Shown: positions 52,850-63,345, numbered from the stretch's first letter. The stretch is DNA of 64,000 bases from Planctomycetota bacterium (GCA_029260755.1 JAJDCQ010000115.1:24929-88928); one strand, 5' to 3'. Notes: a model not told the origin generated them from the sequence alone. Made by a program: numbers and translations.

Positions 52850-55495
52850 CTAGTCGAGATCTCGCGCCTTGCGGAGGAGGACGTTGAGCTCGCCCTGCCC
52901 CTCGGACTCGAGACCGACCCTCTGGATGAGCGCCGTGCGCTGGTCCTCGCTCGGCTCGCCGGCCACGCCGGCGTTCGCGAACGTGAGATCGACCAGCCGT
53001 CCGACGAGCTCGCCGTAGACGCCGTAGGCACCGTCGAGGACGGCGCGCTCCTCGTCGGTCAGCGGAACCGACTCGGGCCACTCGATCGGCGGGGGCGGCT
53101 CGATGAAGGCGGCCTCGCCCATCTCGAAGGGATCATCGGGCTCCGCCCGCGGCGCCTCGAGCGGGGCGAACCCGGGCGGCAGCTCCGAGGTCGGCTCGGC
53201 GCGCGGTGCGAAGCCCGGCGCGAGCTCCTCCTCGGCGGCCGGAGCCGCCCGGGCTTCGAGCGGAACCGGGGCTCCGAAGGGCGAAGGCGCCGACGGGGCC
53301 ACCGGCGGCGCCTCGGCGGCCGGCGGCTCGAGCGGCGCGGGCGCGCCGAAGGGCGAGGGCTCCGACGGCGCGACGGGCGGCGCCTCGGCCGCGGGGGCCT
53401 CGGGCGGCGGGGCGCTCGCCGCGCCGACCGGACCGGCATCGAACGCGAACTCGCCGAGCTGCGGCTCGAGCGCGCCGGTCTCCGGTGCGGACTCGGGAGC
53501 CGGCTCTGCGGCGGGCATGTCCGCCTGGAAGTTCCCCACCCGCGACGGCGTCAAGTCCGCCGGAAGGATCGGCTCGGCGATGTCGTAGCCGAAGGGGCTC
53601 GGCGCGGCCGGGGCGACGCCGGGGGGCGGCGGCGCGCCGGGAGCGCCCACGGCGGGCGCCGCCGGACCGCCGAGCTCGAGCGGCACGTCGAGGTTGAAAT
53701 CTCCGTCGAAGCCGCCGCCGAGGTCGCCGAGGTCGAGCCCCTCGAGCCCGAAGCCATCGCCGCCTGCGGGCGCGCCGGCCGGCGCCCCGAACGGCGGCGC
53801 TCCTCCCGGCGGAGGCCCGAAGCCCTGCGGCGGCGCTCCGAAGGGATCCGGGGCCGGCGCGCCGTAGGGATCGGCAGGCGGTGCGCCGTGAGGATCCGCC
53901 GGCGGGGCGGCGTAGGGAGCGCCGGGCGGAGCAGCGCCGTAGGGATCGGGCGGCGCCCCGAAGGGGTCGGCCGGGAGTCCGTACGGATCCGCCGGAGGAG
54001 GAGCGCCGTGCGGAGGAGCGCCATACGGATCAGCCGGCGGCGCGCCGTACGGATCCCCGTAGGGGTTCGGCGGAGCGCCATACGGATCCGCCGGCGGGGC
54101 GCCATACGCGTGCGCGGGGGGCGCGCCGTACGGGTCGGCCGGCGCCCCGTAAGGATTCGGCGGAGCTCCGTACGGGTCCGCCGGCGGCGCTCCGTACGGA
54201 TCCGCGGCCGGCGGCGCACCGAACGGAGAGGGCGCGGGAGGGGGCGAAGGGAACGGCGCCGCTCCGAAGCCTCCGAAGTCGCCCGGGGACGACGCGGGGC
54301 TGGCGAAGTCTCCCGGCGAGCTGGTCGGAGGAGGCGCGAAGCCGCCCGCCCCGAATCCCGGCGGGCCCGCCGGCGGGCCCGCGGCGGCGAACCCCGGCGG
54401 CGCGGCCGGCGCGAAGCCGGGCGGGGCGGATCCTGCCGAGGGCGGGAATCCAGCGCCGGGCGCCGGCTCGCTCGGTTTGCCTCGCTCCTCGAGGAGCTCG
54501 GCCGGAAGGGGCGCCTCGATCGACTGCTGCATGTAGAGCTGCGCGAGCTTGGCGTCGCTGGTGAACGGATCCTCGTCCGAGACGGCCTCGGGCGGGGCGC
54601 TGAACGAGGGGCCCGGTCCTCCGCCCGCGGGCGGGAACGCGCTGGGGTTGGCCGGGAAGCCGCCCGACGATGGATCGAACGGGAGCGGCTGGGCCATCGG
54701 CGCCTGCGCGAACGGATTGCCGGCCGCGTTCGGATCGGCCGGAAACGCGGCCGCGGCCTGATCGAGCGGGTTCACGCCCGGCGCCGGCGAGAGCGGAAAG
54801 CCGCCGCCCGGATCCGGCGCGTACTGACCGGCGGGCGCGTCGAACGGCATCGCCCCGAAGTCGGCGGGACCGCCGCCCGGAGCGCCGGGGGCGCCGGGAG
54901 GAAATGGAGCACCGAACCCGGGTGAGGCCGGGTAGCCGGGAGCGGGGGGCGGGGCGCCGTAGGCGCCGGGCGGCGGCGGCGCCGGCACCGTCGCGAACGG
55001 ATCCTGATCCGCTCCGGGCGCGGGACCGGGAACGGTCTGGAACGGGTCGTTCGCGCCCGGACCGGGGGCGAAGGGATCGCCCGAGGCGAACGGATCGCCG
55101 GCGGCGAACGGCGCACCGGGCGGGGGAGCCGGGGGGATCGGCGGCGCGACCGGACCGGCGAGGTGACTCATCACGTCGTCGAGGGCGCGCGTCGCGTCGG
55201 GAACCGCGGCGGGCCGGACGAAGCCCTGCGGCCATCCGACCTGGGGACCTTCGCCGAGGAGACCCTTCGGAAACGGGTCGCCGGGTCGGAGGCTCGCCAT
55301 CTCCCGGCCGAGCGACTCGAGGCTCGCGCTGTCGCCTCGGGCGCGCGCGATCTGTGCCTCGACGTAGAGCGCGCCGAAGAGCTCCTCGGTCTTTCCGCGC
55401 TGACGACACGCATCGGCGACCTGATGCGCCTTCTCGAAGAGCCCGTCGATTCCTTCAGCGGTCGGATCGATGATCTCGAGGAGCCCGAGGGTCAT
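52850..55495 (-). CDS. Pro/Ala/Gly-rich low-complexity protein with short ordered termini
   Basis: Helical N- and C-termini around about 700 disordered residues with DPYGAPP repeats. Confidence 0.75.
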   Translation of the reverse strand: MTLGLLEIIDPTAEGIDGLFEKAHQVADACRQRGKTEELFGALYVEAQIARARGDSASLESLGREMASLRPGDPFPKGLLGEGPQVGWPQGFVRPAAVPDATRALDDVMSHLAGPVAPPIPPAPPPGAPFAAGDPFASGDPFAPGPGANDPFQTVPGPAPGADQDPFATVPAPPPPGAYGAPPPAPGYPASPGFGAPFPPGAPGAPGGGPADFGAMPFDAPAGQYAPDPGGGFPLSPAPGVNPLDQAAAAFPADPNAAGNPFAQAPMAQPLPFDPSSGGFPANPSAFPPAGGGPGPSFSAPPEAVSDEDPFTSDAKLAQLYMQQSIEAPLPAELLEERGKPSEPAPGAGFPPSAGSAPPGFAPAAPPGFAAAGPPAGPPGFGAGGFAPPPTSSPGDFASPASSPGDFGGFGAAPFPSPPPAPSPFGAPPAADPYGAPPADPYGAPPNPYGAPADPYGAPPAHAYGAPPADPYGAPPNPYGDPYGAPPADPYGAPPHGAPPPADPYGLPADPFGAPPDPYGAAPPGAPYAAPPADPHGAPPADPYGAPAPDPFGAPPQGFGPPPGGAPPFGAPAGAPAGGDGFGLEGLDLGDLGGGFDGDFNLDVPLELGGPAAPAVGAPGAPPPPGVAPAAPSPFGYDIAEPILPADLTPSRVGNFQADMPAAEPAPESAPETGALEPQLGEFAFDAGPVGAASAPPPEAPAAEAPPVAPSEPSPFGAPAPLEPPAAEAPPVAPSAPSPFGAPVPLEARAAPAAEEELAPGFAPRAEPTSELPPGFAPLEAPRAEPDDPFEMGEAAFIEPPPPIEWPESVPLTDEERAVLDGAYGVYGELVGRLVDLTFANAGVAGEPSEDQRTALIQRVGLESEGQGELNVLLRKARDLD

Positions 55496-55615
55496 GCGGC
55501 CACCATCTCCGTCTCTGCGGGTTGTCCGAAAAAAGGGTCGTGACGAACCAGGTTCGAAGGCCAGCGTACCCGTCGTCGAGGGGGCTCGCAACCGACCCCG
55601 GAGGTGGGAAGACGC

Positions 55616-58465
55616 TCACCGGGAGGGGAGACGCCGGCGCACCTCGATCCGGCGAATCAGATAGCTCGTCCGCGGCCGCCCGCCCGACTCGGGCTCGATC
55701 CGGAGCCGGTTCTCGCCGGGCTCGACGAGGTCGGTCACATCGAATGCGTCGGCGCGGAACGCGCGGGTGAGCGGGGAGAGCTCGCGGACGACGACCTGAC
55801 CGTTGACGCGGAGGGTGATCGGGGCGTAGCCGATGTAGCGACGATCGCGCCAGACGTAGCGCCCGGTCGCGTGGGTGAGGACCAGGCTCACGCGTTCGGC
55901 GTCTTCCTCGACGGTGAAGGAGGCCTCGATCGCGTGGCCGGGCTCGACGAGGGCGCGCGAGCCGTCGGTCTGATTCGACCACGCTCCGTCGAGATCATCC
56001 TCGGACCGATCGATGTGGGTCGCGGCGAGGCGGGCGCCCGGGGCGGGCGTGACGTCGCGCGGGTCGCCGACCCGCCAGAACGTGAGGGCGCGGATCATCG
56101 TCGCGGGCGCCGGCCTCACCTCGAGGGAGATGCCGCGGAGCGACGCCCACTTGAACGCCCTGGTGAAGTCGTAGCCGTCGGGCACCCAGCTCTCGGTCGT
56201 CCGCGCGTAGGCGGCCTGGAGGGTGTAGAGACCGCCCGCCTCCGTCGAGCACCGGAGTCGAACGAGGAGATCCTGCCCGGCGAAGCCCGACCCCGTCGCA
56301 TCCCAGAGGGTCGCGCGGTCGCGCTGGCCGGGGCGCCCTCCCTGGAACGCGTCGGCGCGCTCGATGACCGAGCCGCCCTGCCGCACGGTCGTCTCGGCGC
56401 GCGCCCGATCCTCACCGGCGTCGAGGAGGAGGTCGACCATCGACCAGTCTCCGACGTCCCGGAGGACGAGCCCGACCTCGCCGGCGACGAAGCGGTCGCG
56501 CCAGGAAGGATCGAGGTCGGCGCGGAGGCCGATCCCCTCGCCGCGGACGACGCGCCACGCTCCGTCCTCGGGCGTCGGCGCGAGGGCCCAAGCGACGAGC
56601 GGATCGCCGGCATCGACGCGGAGAGCGCCGTGCCCCACGAGCGCGGCGAGCGCGGCGCCGACCGCGTCGATGACGGCCTCGACCCGACGGGCGAGCGGCT
56701 CGGAGACGACCGCGCTCCGATCCTCGAGACCGGCGCGGAGCCGGGTCGCCCGCTCCTCGAGGTCGCGCCCGCGCCGGAGCTGCCGCCGGAACGCCTCGTC
56801 GACCGCCCGGCCGTCGATCGTCACCGGGTCCGCGCCGAGGAGCGCTCCGATCAGTCTCCGCGCGTCGAGGGCGAGCTCGAGGAGCGCGACGGCGTCCTCG
56901 CCGAGCACGTTCGTCGTGCTCGTCCGCTCGAGGGCGCGGCGCGCCTCATCGGGGCGTCCCGTGACGCAGCTCTCGATCGCCCGGTCGACCTCGACCGCGA
57001 TCGCGAGGATCGGCGCGTGCTCCACGGCGCCGCGTTCGATCGCGAGCTCTCGGGCTCGGCGCCCGGCGTCGGCGTCGCCCGCGGCGGCGCGCTCCAGGGC
57101 CAGCCACGCGAGGAGGTCGCGCGCCAGGCCTGGCTCGCGACGGGCGAGGCGGGCGTCGAGCTCCTCGGGGCTCGAGGCGCCCAGCGCCGCGAGGGCGCGG
57201 CACCCCTCCGCGAGCCGGCCGCCGCCGGCCAGATCGGCGAGGCGCGTCCGGATGATCGCGAGCTCGTCGGTCTCGGGCGGCGTCGGGTCGATCGGCGCGG
57301 GGCTCACCCCGCTCGCCGGTTGCCGGACCGCGACGAACGCGACGGCGCCGACGACGCAGACGGCCGCGGAGACGGCGATCAGCAGGGCGACCGGGAGCCG
57401 CGCGCCGTCGCGCTCCGGCGTGCGTCTCGAGTCGAGGCGCGCGGACCCCGAGGGGGGCTCGCGTCGCGCGTCCGTCGAGTCGCCGCGCGGAGGCGCGGGC
57501 GCGAACCCAGGCGCGGGTGCGGCCGCGGGGGGCGGAGGCGGCGCGCTCCGGCGGGGCGGGGCGAGCAGGGTCGAGGGGTCCTCGGCGACGATCGCCCGCT
57601 CGATCGCGTCGGCGAGCGCGATGGCGGAGGGCGGTCGCTCCGAGGGGTCCTTGGCGAGGGCCCAGAGGCAGGCGGCGTCGAGAGCGTCGGCGACCCGGTC
57701 GCCGAGGTGCTCCCGCGCGCCCAGGTTCGAGCATCGGCTCGGCGGGTCGGGGACGTGGGTGATGATCGTCGCGATGAGGCGCGCGGCGCTCGCCCCCGCG
57801 AACGGGGAGGTGCCCGCGATGGCGTAGTAGAGCGTGGCGCCGAGGCCGTAGACGTCGCTCGCGACGGTCGCGACGCTGGCGCCGTCGATCTGCTCGGGGC
57901 CCATGTACTCGAGGGTGCCGATGGCCATTCCGGTCCGGGTGAGCTCCTCGACGACCGCGCGATCGACGACCTTCCCGAGGCCGAAGTCGAGGAGGCGGGC
58001 GCGACCGGCCTGATCGATGAGGACGTTCGCCGGCTTGAGGTCGCGGTGGAGGATGCCGTGGCCATGGGCGTGGTGGAGCGCGCGCGCGGCCGCGGCGACG
58101 GCGGCGGCGTGGGCGCGGACCGACGGCCCGCCGAGGCGCGGGACCCGGCTCTGGAGGGACTCGCCCGCGACGAGGTCCATGACGAGATAGAAGCGGCCGT
58201 CGCCGGTGGCGCCGACGTCGAGGACCGGGACGATGCCCGGGTCGTCGAGGCGAGCGAGGAGGAGCGCCTCGCGCCGGAGCCGGTCCTCGAGGGAGGGATC
58301 GGAGTTCCGGACGACCGTCTTGATGGCGTAGACGCGGCCGCTCGGCTCGTGGCGGGCGCGGTAGACGATCCCCATCCCGCCGCGGCCGAGGATGCCCTCG
58401 ATCACGTAGGCGCCGAGGCGCCCCCCGACCGTGTCGGCCCCGTCGTCGAGGTGAGTGTCGGACAA
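55616..58465 (-). CDS. Membrane Ser/Thr protein kinase (Hanks type) with extracytoplasmic domains
   Basis: LGRGGMG.VY, AIK, HRDLKPAN, DFGL, GT..YM.PEQ, DVYGLG; TM helix; TTG start with GGAGAG RBS. Confidence 0.93.
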   Translation of the reverse strand: MSDTHLDDGADTVGGRLGAYVIEGILGRGGMGIVYRARHEPSGRVYAIKTVVRNSDPSLEDRLRREALLLARLDDPGIVPVLDVGATGDGRFYLVMDLVAGESLQSRVPRLGGPSVRAHAAAVAAAARALHHAHGHGILHRDLKPANVLIDQAGRARLLDFGLGKVVDRAVVEELTRTGMAIGTLEYMGPEQIDGASVATVASDVYGLGATLYYAIAGTSPFAGASAARLIATIITHVPDPPSRCSNLGAREHLGDRVADALDAACLWALAKDPSERPPSAIALADAIERAIVAEDPSTLLAPPRRSAPPPPPAAAPAPGFAPAPPRGDSTDARREPPSGSARLDSRRTPERDGARLPVALLIAVSAAVCVVGAVAFVAVRQPASGVSPAPIDPTPPETDELAIIRTRLADLAGGGRLAEGCRALAALGASSPEELDARLARREPGLARDLLAWLALERAAAGDADAGRRARELAIERGAVEHAPILAIAVEVDRAIESCVTGRPDEARRALERTSTTNVLGEDAVALLELALDARRLIGALLGADPVTIDGRAVDEAFRRQLRRGRDLEERATRLRAGLEDRSAVVSEPLARRVEAVIDAVGAALAALVGHGALRVDAGDPLVAWALAPTPEDGAWRVVRGEGIGLRADLDPSWRDRFVAGEVGLVLRDVGDWSMVDLLLDAGEDRARAETTVRQGGSVIERADAFQGGRPGQRDRATLWDATGSGFAGQDLLVRLRCSTEAGGLYTLQAAYARTTESWVPDGYDFTRAFKWASLRGISLEVRPAPATMIRALTFWRVGDPRDVTPAPGARLAATHIDRSEDDLDGAWSNQTDGSRALVEPGHAIEASFTVEEDAERVSLVLTHATGRYVWRDRRYIGYAPITLRVNGQVVVRELSPLTRAFRADAFDVTDLVEPGENRLRIEPESGGRPRTSYLIRRIEVRRRLPSR

Positions 58466-58560
58466 CGACGCGCTCTCCGCCGGCCGAATCGACGGCCGGG
58501 CCCGCCGGGACCCAGCCGTCGACGAGGTTAGTGGCGGAGGTGGCCCGATTCCAGCCCGGG

Positions 58561-58800
58561 TTAGAGGTTCGGCGAGTACTTGTTGTAGAAGTAGCGGTCG
58601 GGGTTGGTCGGGTCACCGTCGTAGGCGAGCGCCTCGACCTCGAGGGAGCGGACCCGGCCGGGGCCGCCGGCGGGGAGGGTCTCGAGGAAGGAGAGGATGA
58701 GCCTCTCGGTCTCGCGGACGAGCGCCTCGGCCTGGCCGTCGTCGTCGTCGGGGTTGGGGATCGCGAGCTCGAAGCTGCCGAGCACCCTGAGCCTGGTCAT
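58561..58800 (-). CDS. Small hypothetical protein (79 aa)
   Basis: GGAGG upstream, ATG start, host-like codon bias, ends YFYNKYSPNL. Confidence 0.6.
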   Translation of the reverse strand: MTRLRVLGSFELAIPNPDDDDGQAEALVRETERLILSFLETLPAGGPGRVRSLEVEALAYDGDPTNPDRYFYNKYSPNL

Positions 58801-58924
58801 CGCCTTCGCCTCCCGGGGTCGCGGTCGTGGGGAGGGTCGGTGCGGGGATCCCTCCCCCGCGCCCCTCTCCCACTTCCCTTTATCGCCCGGGGAACGTGGA
58901 GACTTGAGCGGGCGACCCGATCGC

Positions 58925-59341
58925 TCAGCGGAGGCCGTAGTCGACGAGCTCGTCGCGCTGACGGCTGAACTCCCGGTCGAAGAGCTCATGGGCCGAGGGA
59001 ACGCCGATCGGCTGGGCGTCGCATCCCCCTTCGGCGCGCGGGACGACGAGGAAGAGCCGCGGCGCCGCCTCGTGCGGCCAGCGGATCAGCGCCATCGCCT
59101 CCCGGAGATCCTCTCGCCGGCAGAAGAGCCGGGCGAGCGCCTCGGCGCCGGGGATGGCCGGGCCGGAGACGGCGACGAGCGCTTCCTCGAGGAAGCCCTC
59201 GCCCGATTCGCAGAGGCCGAAGGCCTGGACGGCGGCGCCCGCGGCGGCGGGGCGCGCCGCACGCGTCTGGAAGCGCCGGGCTCGCGCCGGCTCGAGGAGG
59301 GCGACCTCCGAGGTCGCGCGAGGGTCGGTTAGGTCTTTCAT
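58925..59341 (-). CDS. Hypothetical protein (138 aa)
   Basis: ATG start divergent from moaB; no motif recognised. Confidence 0.5.
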   Translation of the reverse strand: MKDLTDPRATSEVALLEPARARRFQTRAARPAAAGAAVQAFGLCESGEGFLEEALVAVSGPAIPGAEALARLFCRREDLREAMALIRWPHEAAPRLFLVVPRAEGGCDAQPIGVPSAHELFDREFSRQRDELVDYGLR

Positions 59342-59495
59342 CGGGATCTCTCTTCGCGCAGGCGTTCCCTTCCCTCCTTCCGTTGTGCGGCCCGGCCCCG
59401 GTGTCTTTACCCTTTTCTCCGCCTTGCTAGCATTTCGTCGCCTCGACCGGCCCCGACCGGGCCCGACGGGGCCCAACCTCCCTGGAGAGAGTCCG

Positions 59496-60014
59496 ATGAG
59501 CTCGAGCGTCCCCGACCAGCACAAGGCCCACGCGCCCGCGGCGACCGAGATCGCGTGCGCCCTCCTGACGGTGAGCGACAGCAAGACGGCCGAGACCGAC
59601 CGGAGCGGCGACCAGGCGGCCGGTCACCTCCGCGACGCCGGCTTCGCGGTCGCGAGCCGCGCGATCGTGAAGGACGATCCGCCCTTGATCGAGGCGGCGA
59701 TCACCGGCGCGCTCGACCGCGAAGAGGTCCGCGCCGTCATCACGAGCGGCGGCACCGGCCTCACGAGCCGCGACTCGACCTACGAGGTCGTCACGGGGCT
59801 GCTCGACAAGGAGCTGACCGGCTTCGGCGAGCTCTTCCGCTGGCTCAGCTACGAGGACATCGGCGCGGCGGCGATGATGAGCCGCGCCACGGCGGGGTCG
59901 CGCGGCCGCAAGGTCATCATCGCGCTGCCGGGGTCGCCGAACGCGGTCGACCTGGCGATGACGAAGCTGGTCGTGCCGGAGCTGCGGCACCTGATCGAGC
60001 AGGTGTCGCGGTGA
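59496..60014 (+). CDS. moaB: Molybdenum cofactor biosynthesis protein MoaB/MogA
   Basis: LTVSD, D.SG, IVKDD, SGGTG...RD.T, GFGELFR.LSY..IG..AMMSRA, LPGS..AV. Confidence 0.93.
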   Translation: MSSSVPDQHKAHAPAATEIACALLTVSDSKTAETDRSGDQAAGHLRDAGFAVASRAIVKDDPPLIEAAITGALDREEVRAVITSGGTGLTSRDSTYEVVTGLLDKELTGFGELFRWLSYEDIGAAAMMSRATAGSRGRKVIIALPGSPNAVDLAMTKLVVPELRHLIEQVSR

Positions 60015-60020
60015 GGCGAC

Positions 60021-62900
60021 CTACCAGCGAATCTCGACGCCGTAGAACCAGTACCCGTGAGTGGCCTGGGCATCAGCGGCGACCTCGAGACGGAACGAGT
60101 TCGTCCCCGGGCGCACGAGGTCGGTGATCTCGAAGAAGCCCGAGCTCGTTCCGGCGTCTCCGTTCGGCGAGAACGTCGAGGCGACCTCGACGCCGTTCAC
60201 CGACGCCGTCACCGGGGCGTAGGAGGGCATCCGGCCGCCGAGCGCGGCGAGATGCTTGAGGACGAGACAGACCGGCCCCCGGCCCGGGGGCCCCTCGAAC
60301 TCGAACTCGATGAGCGTGCCTTCGGGACCGAAGGCGAGGGCGTTGTCGCGTGGCCAGGCGTGTGGGGCCAGCCGGACCGCGTCGCGGTCGATGCAGCCGG
60401 TGACCTTCAGCCCCGGCTTCGCGAAGGTGACGGCGCCGCCACCGCTCGACTCGCTCCCGAGGAACGCGTCGACGCCGGGCCAGGGATTCTTCGCCCGCCT
60501 CAAGACGATCTCACGAACGAGGGTCTTCGGCGCGGGGAGGACGCGAAGATCGCCCCGCTCCAGCTCGGGCCATGAGGCGACGGCGTAGAGCGCCTTCGGC
60601 GAAACGACGGCGACGCCGCGCTCGGGCCACGCCCGCGCAACGAGATCCTCGCCGGTCCCCCCCGGCGCCGGGTACCGCGACAGCTCCACCCGTCCGGCCG
60701 TGCCTCGCGGCGCGCTCGAGATCGGGGCGGCGCGCACGAGCACGCCGGCGCCGGCCGCCTCGATGAGCGCCCGGGGATGCTCACCCCCGGAGGACGCGAG
60801 CCGCACCTCGATGGCGACGAACCGCTCCGCGTTCGGCACGACGAGGTCGAGGCTTCCCGACTCGAGCGTGGGGCCGTCGGTCTCGGCGGCGAGGCCGATC
60901 CCGTCGTTCAGTCGCTGCCAGCGAGACGGATCGGCGCCGAACCCGGCGAGGATCAGCCCCGCGTCGTCGATCCCCGAGAGGCGCAGGTCGTGGCTGCCGT
61001 AGAAGCTCTTGGCGTGGCCAAGGACTCGTCGAGCGGCCCTCTCGACGCGCTCCCGGACCGGTCCCGGAGCCTCCGCGATGCCCTTCGTGACGCGGGCGGT
61101 GAGCGCCCGCGCAGCGGTCAGGAGCGTCACCGGATCCTCGGCCAGACGATACACGTCAGCCCCGGCGATCGACCCGGCATCGATGACTCCCACCGGCGGC
61201 GCCTCGCCGCTGATCGTCGCGACGATCAGACCGCGGCCGGCCACGAGAGCGGCGAACGCGTCGTGGACGTCGCTCCCGATCACATCGGTGAGGGACGGCT
61301 CTCCGAGCGCGTCGGCTGCTCGCCTGGGATCGCCGCGCGTCGCCTCGTCGATGAGCGTCAGGTAGGCATTCGCGAGACCGACGATGAGGCTGGCGCGGCC
61401 TTCGGCGCCCGCCGTCGCGGCCGCGACGCGGCCCCCCTCGAGGTCGCCGGCGACGGCGCGCTCCAGCGCGAGCCACGCGAGCAGCGCTCCGCGCATCTTG
61501 GCGGGGCGCTTGCTGCGCGCGTCGATGAGCCGGTCGATTTCGGCGACATCCCGGACGTCGAGGGCGCGGATCGCGTCGAGGCCGGCGGCGAAGTCCCTCT
61601 GCGTGAGCGCCTCCTCGACGGCGTCGTGGGCGCGGTCGGCAGCGTCCGGCGGGGGGGGCCCCGGATCGGGCGGGTCGGGCCGATCGGGTGGGCCGGTCCC
61701 GGCGCCCGAACCGGCGGCGCCCGAGCCTCCGGCGATGTCGGGGCCCGGGTCGGGCGGCTCGCCGCCGCCGCCGATGGCGAGGAGCCCCACCGCAACCAAG
61801 AGGAGCGCGCCGACTCCGATCGCGATGAAGAGGGCCGAGTTCGACTGCTCGGGAAGACGGACCGTCGTCTCGCGCCCGTCGGCGGTCCGGACGACGCGAA
61901 CCCTGCCCGACGATGAGCTCGTCCGAGAGATCTTGCCCGAGCCTCTGCTCACTCGCCGGCGTCCCGTGGTCCGGGTCGCCCGGCGGGCCTCGGCGATCGC
62001 TCGCTCGATCGCGTCGGCGAACGCGGCGGCCGTCTCGTGGCGGTCGTTGGGCTCCTTCGCGAGCGAGGTGAGGCAGACCTCGTCCAGGCGCGCGGCCAGG
62101 CGGTTCGCCTCGCCCCGGTGCTTGCGGATCTCGGAGGGCGGATCGGGCTCGCGGTTGAGGATCCCCGAGATGATGTTCGCCGCGCTCGCGCCCTGAAACG
62201 GCGGCCGCCCCGCGATCACCTCGTAGAGGGACGCCGCGAGCCCGTAGATGTCGGCCGCGCCGGTCAGCTCGCTCGACTCGCCGAGCTGCTCGGGCGCCAT
62301 GTAGGCGAAGGTCCCGATCACCATCCCGGCCGCGGTGAGCGCGTGTCGGTTGGAGTCGGGGTCGCCCGGGGACGTCTCCGAGATCGCCTTCGCGAGGCCG
62401 AAGTCGAGGATCTTCGGCGGCCCCGAGGTCGGAACGAGGATGTTCGCCGGCTTGATGTCGCGATGGAGCACGCCGAGGCCGTGGGCGTGGTTGATCGCCC
62501 GGGCGACCTCGGCGATGAGCCGCGCCCCCGCCGCCACCTCCAGATCACCGCTTCGAGCGAGCGTCTTGAGGTCCTCGCCCTCGACCAGCTCCATGGCGAT
62601 GAACGGCCGTCCATCCGCCATGCGCCCGGTGTCGATGAGCTCGACGACGCTCGGGTGATCGAGCCGGGAGATGACGTTCGCCTCGCGCCGGAGGCGCTTC
62701 TCGAGGCCGGGGTCGCCGGCCTGGAGCAGCATCTTGATCGCCACGCCCTCGTTCGTCCGGGTGTGCCGACCCTGATAGACGACGCCCATCCCGCCGCGGC
62801 CGAGGACGCCCTCGACCGCCCAGGGACCGATCATGGTCCCGGGGGGGAGCTCGTCGCCGCTGCCACTGCTGCTGCCGGTCTTGCGCGTGTCGCCGTGCAT
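60021..62900 (-). CDS. Membrane Ser/Thr protein kinase, paralog of 55616-58465
   Basis: LGRGGMG.VY, AIK, HRDIKPAN, DFGLAK, GT.AYMAPEQ; TM; shared C-terminal motifs. Confidence 0.93.
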   Translation of the reverse strand: MHGDTRKTGSSSGSGDELPPGTMIGPWAVEGVLGRGGMGVVYQGRHTRTNEGVAIKMLLQAGDPGLEKRLRREANVISRLDHPSVVELIDTGRMADGRPFIAMELVEGEDLKTLARSGDLEVAAGARLIAEVARAINHAHGLGVLHRDIKPANILVPTSGPPKILDFGLAKAISETSPGDPDSNRHALTAAGMVIGTFAYMAPEQLGESSELTGAADIYGLAASLYEVIAGRPPFQGASAANIISGILNREPDPPSEIRKHRGEANRLAARLDEVCLTSLAKEPNDRHETAAAFADAIERAIAEARRATRTTGRRRVSRGSGKISRTSSSSGRVRVVRTADGRETTVRLPEQSNSALFIAIGVGALLLVAVGLLAIGGGGEPPDPGPDIAGGSGAAGSGAGTGPPDRPDPPDPGPPPPDAADRAHDAVEEALTQRDFAAGLDAIRALDVRDVAEIDRLIDARSKRPAKMRGALLAWLALERAVAGDLEGGRVAAATAGAEGRASLIVGLANAYLTLIDEATRGDPRRAADALGEPSLTDVIGSDVHDAFAALVAGRGLIVATISGEAPPVGVIDAGSIAGADVYRLAEDPVTLLTAARALTARVTKGIAEAPGPVRERVERAARRVLGHAKSFYGSHDLRLSGIDDAGLILAGFGADPSRWQRLNDGIGLAAETDGPTLESGSLDLVVPNAERFVAIEVRLASSGGEHPRALIEAAGAGVLVRAAPISSAPRGTAGRVELSRYPAPGGTGEDLVARAWPERGVAVVSPKALYAVASWPELERGDLRVLPAPKTLVREIVLRRAKNPWPGVDAFLGSESSGGGAVTFAKPGLKVTGCIDRDAVRLAPHAWPRDNALAFGPEGTLIEFEFEGPPGRGPVCLVLKHLAALGGRMPSYAPVTASVNGVEVASTFSPNGDAGTSSGFFEITDLVRPGTNSFRLEVAADAQATHGYWFYGVEIRW

Positions 62901-63018
62901 CGTCAGTCAGACTCAGGGTACATGAGCGAGCCCCTCGACGCCGCAACGGCGCAAGGGGCTCGGGTGCGCCCTCGGAGCCGGACGATGATCATCGCCCGTC
63001 GCTCGAGGCTCTCGCCGC

Positions 63019-63345
63019 TCAGTCGCCGGCGTACTGCGGGCCTTCCTCCATGAGCTCGACCTCCCCGAGCTTCTCGGGGAACTCGTAGAGGGTCGCCGCG
63101 ATCTCCTCGAACTTCTGCTCGTCCATCTTGATCAGCTTGCAGAGGATCTTGCGGTAGAGGAACGTCTGCTGCGCCAGCTCGTAGACGTAGGCGTGGAGAT
63201 GCGGGTCGAGGTCGTGGTGGCTGCCGCCGCCCATCGCCTCCTGGAAGGTCCGCTTGCGATACATGTTGTAGCAGTGCTCGCGGCGCGTGTCGTCGAGCTC
63301 CGCCTCGACCTCGTCCACCAGCTTCTTGAGCTCGTTCTCGGTCAT
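63019..63345 (-). CDS. Hypothetical protein downstream of sdhB
   Basis: GAGGAG RBS, starts 18 nt after the sdhB stop, strong codon bias. Confidence 0.75.
   Translation of the reverse strand: MTENELKKLVDEVEAELDDTRREHCYNMYRKRTFQEAMGGGSHHDLDPHLHAYVYELAQQTFLYRKILCKLIKMDEQKFEEIAATLYEFPEKLGEVELMEEGPQYAGD

Noticed and set aside
53830..54210. CRISPR-like periodic repeats
   Set aside because: These are in-frame coding repeats (DPYGAPP) with no constant repeat and unique spacers; no cas genes.
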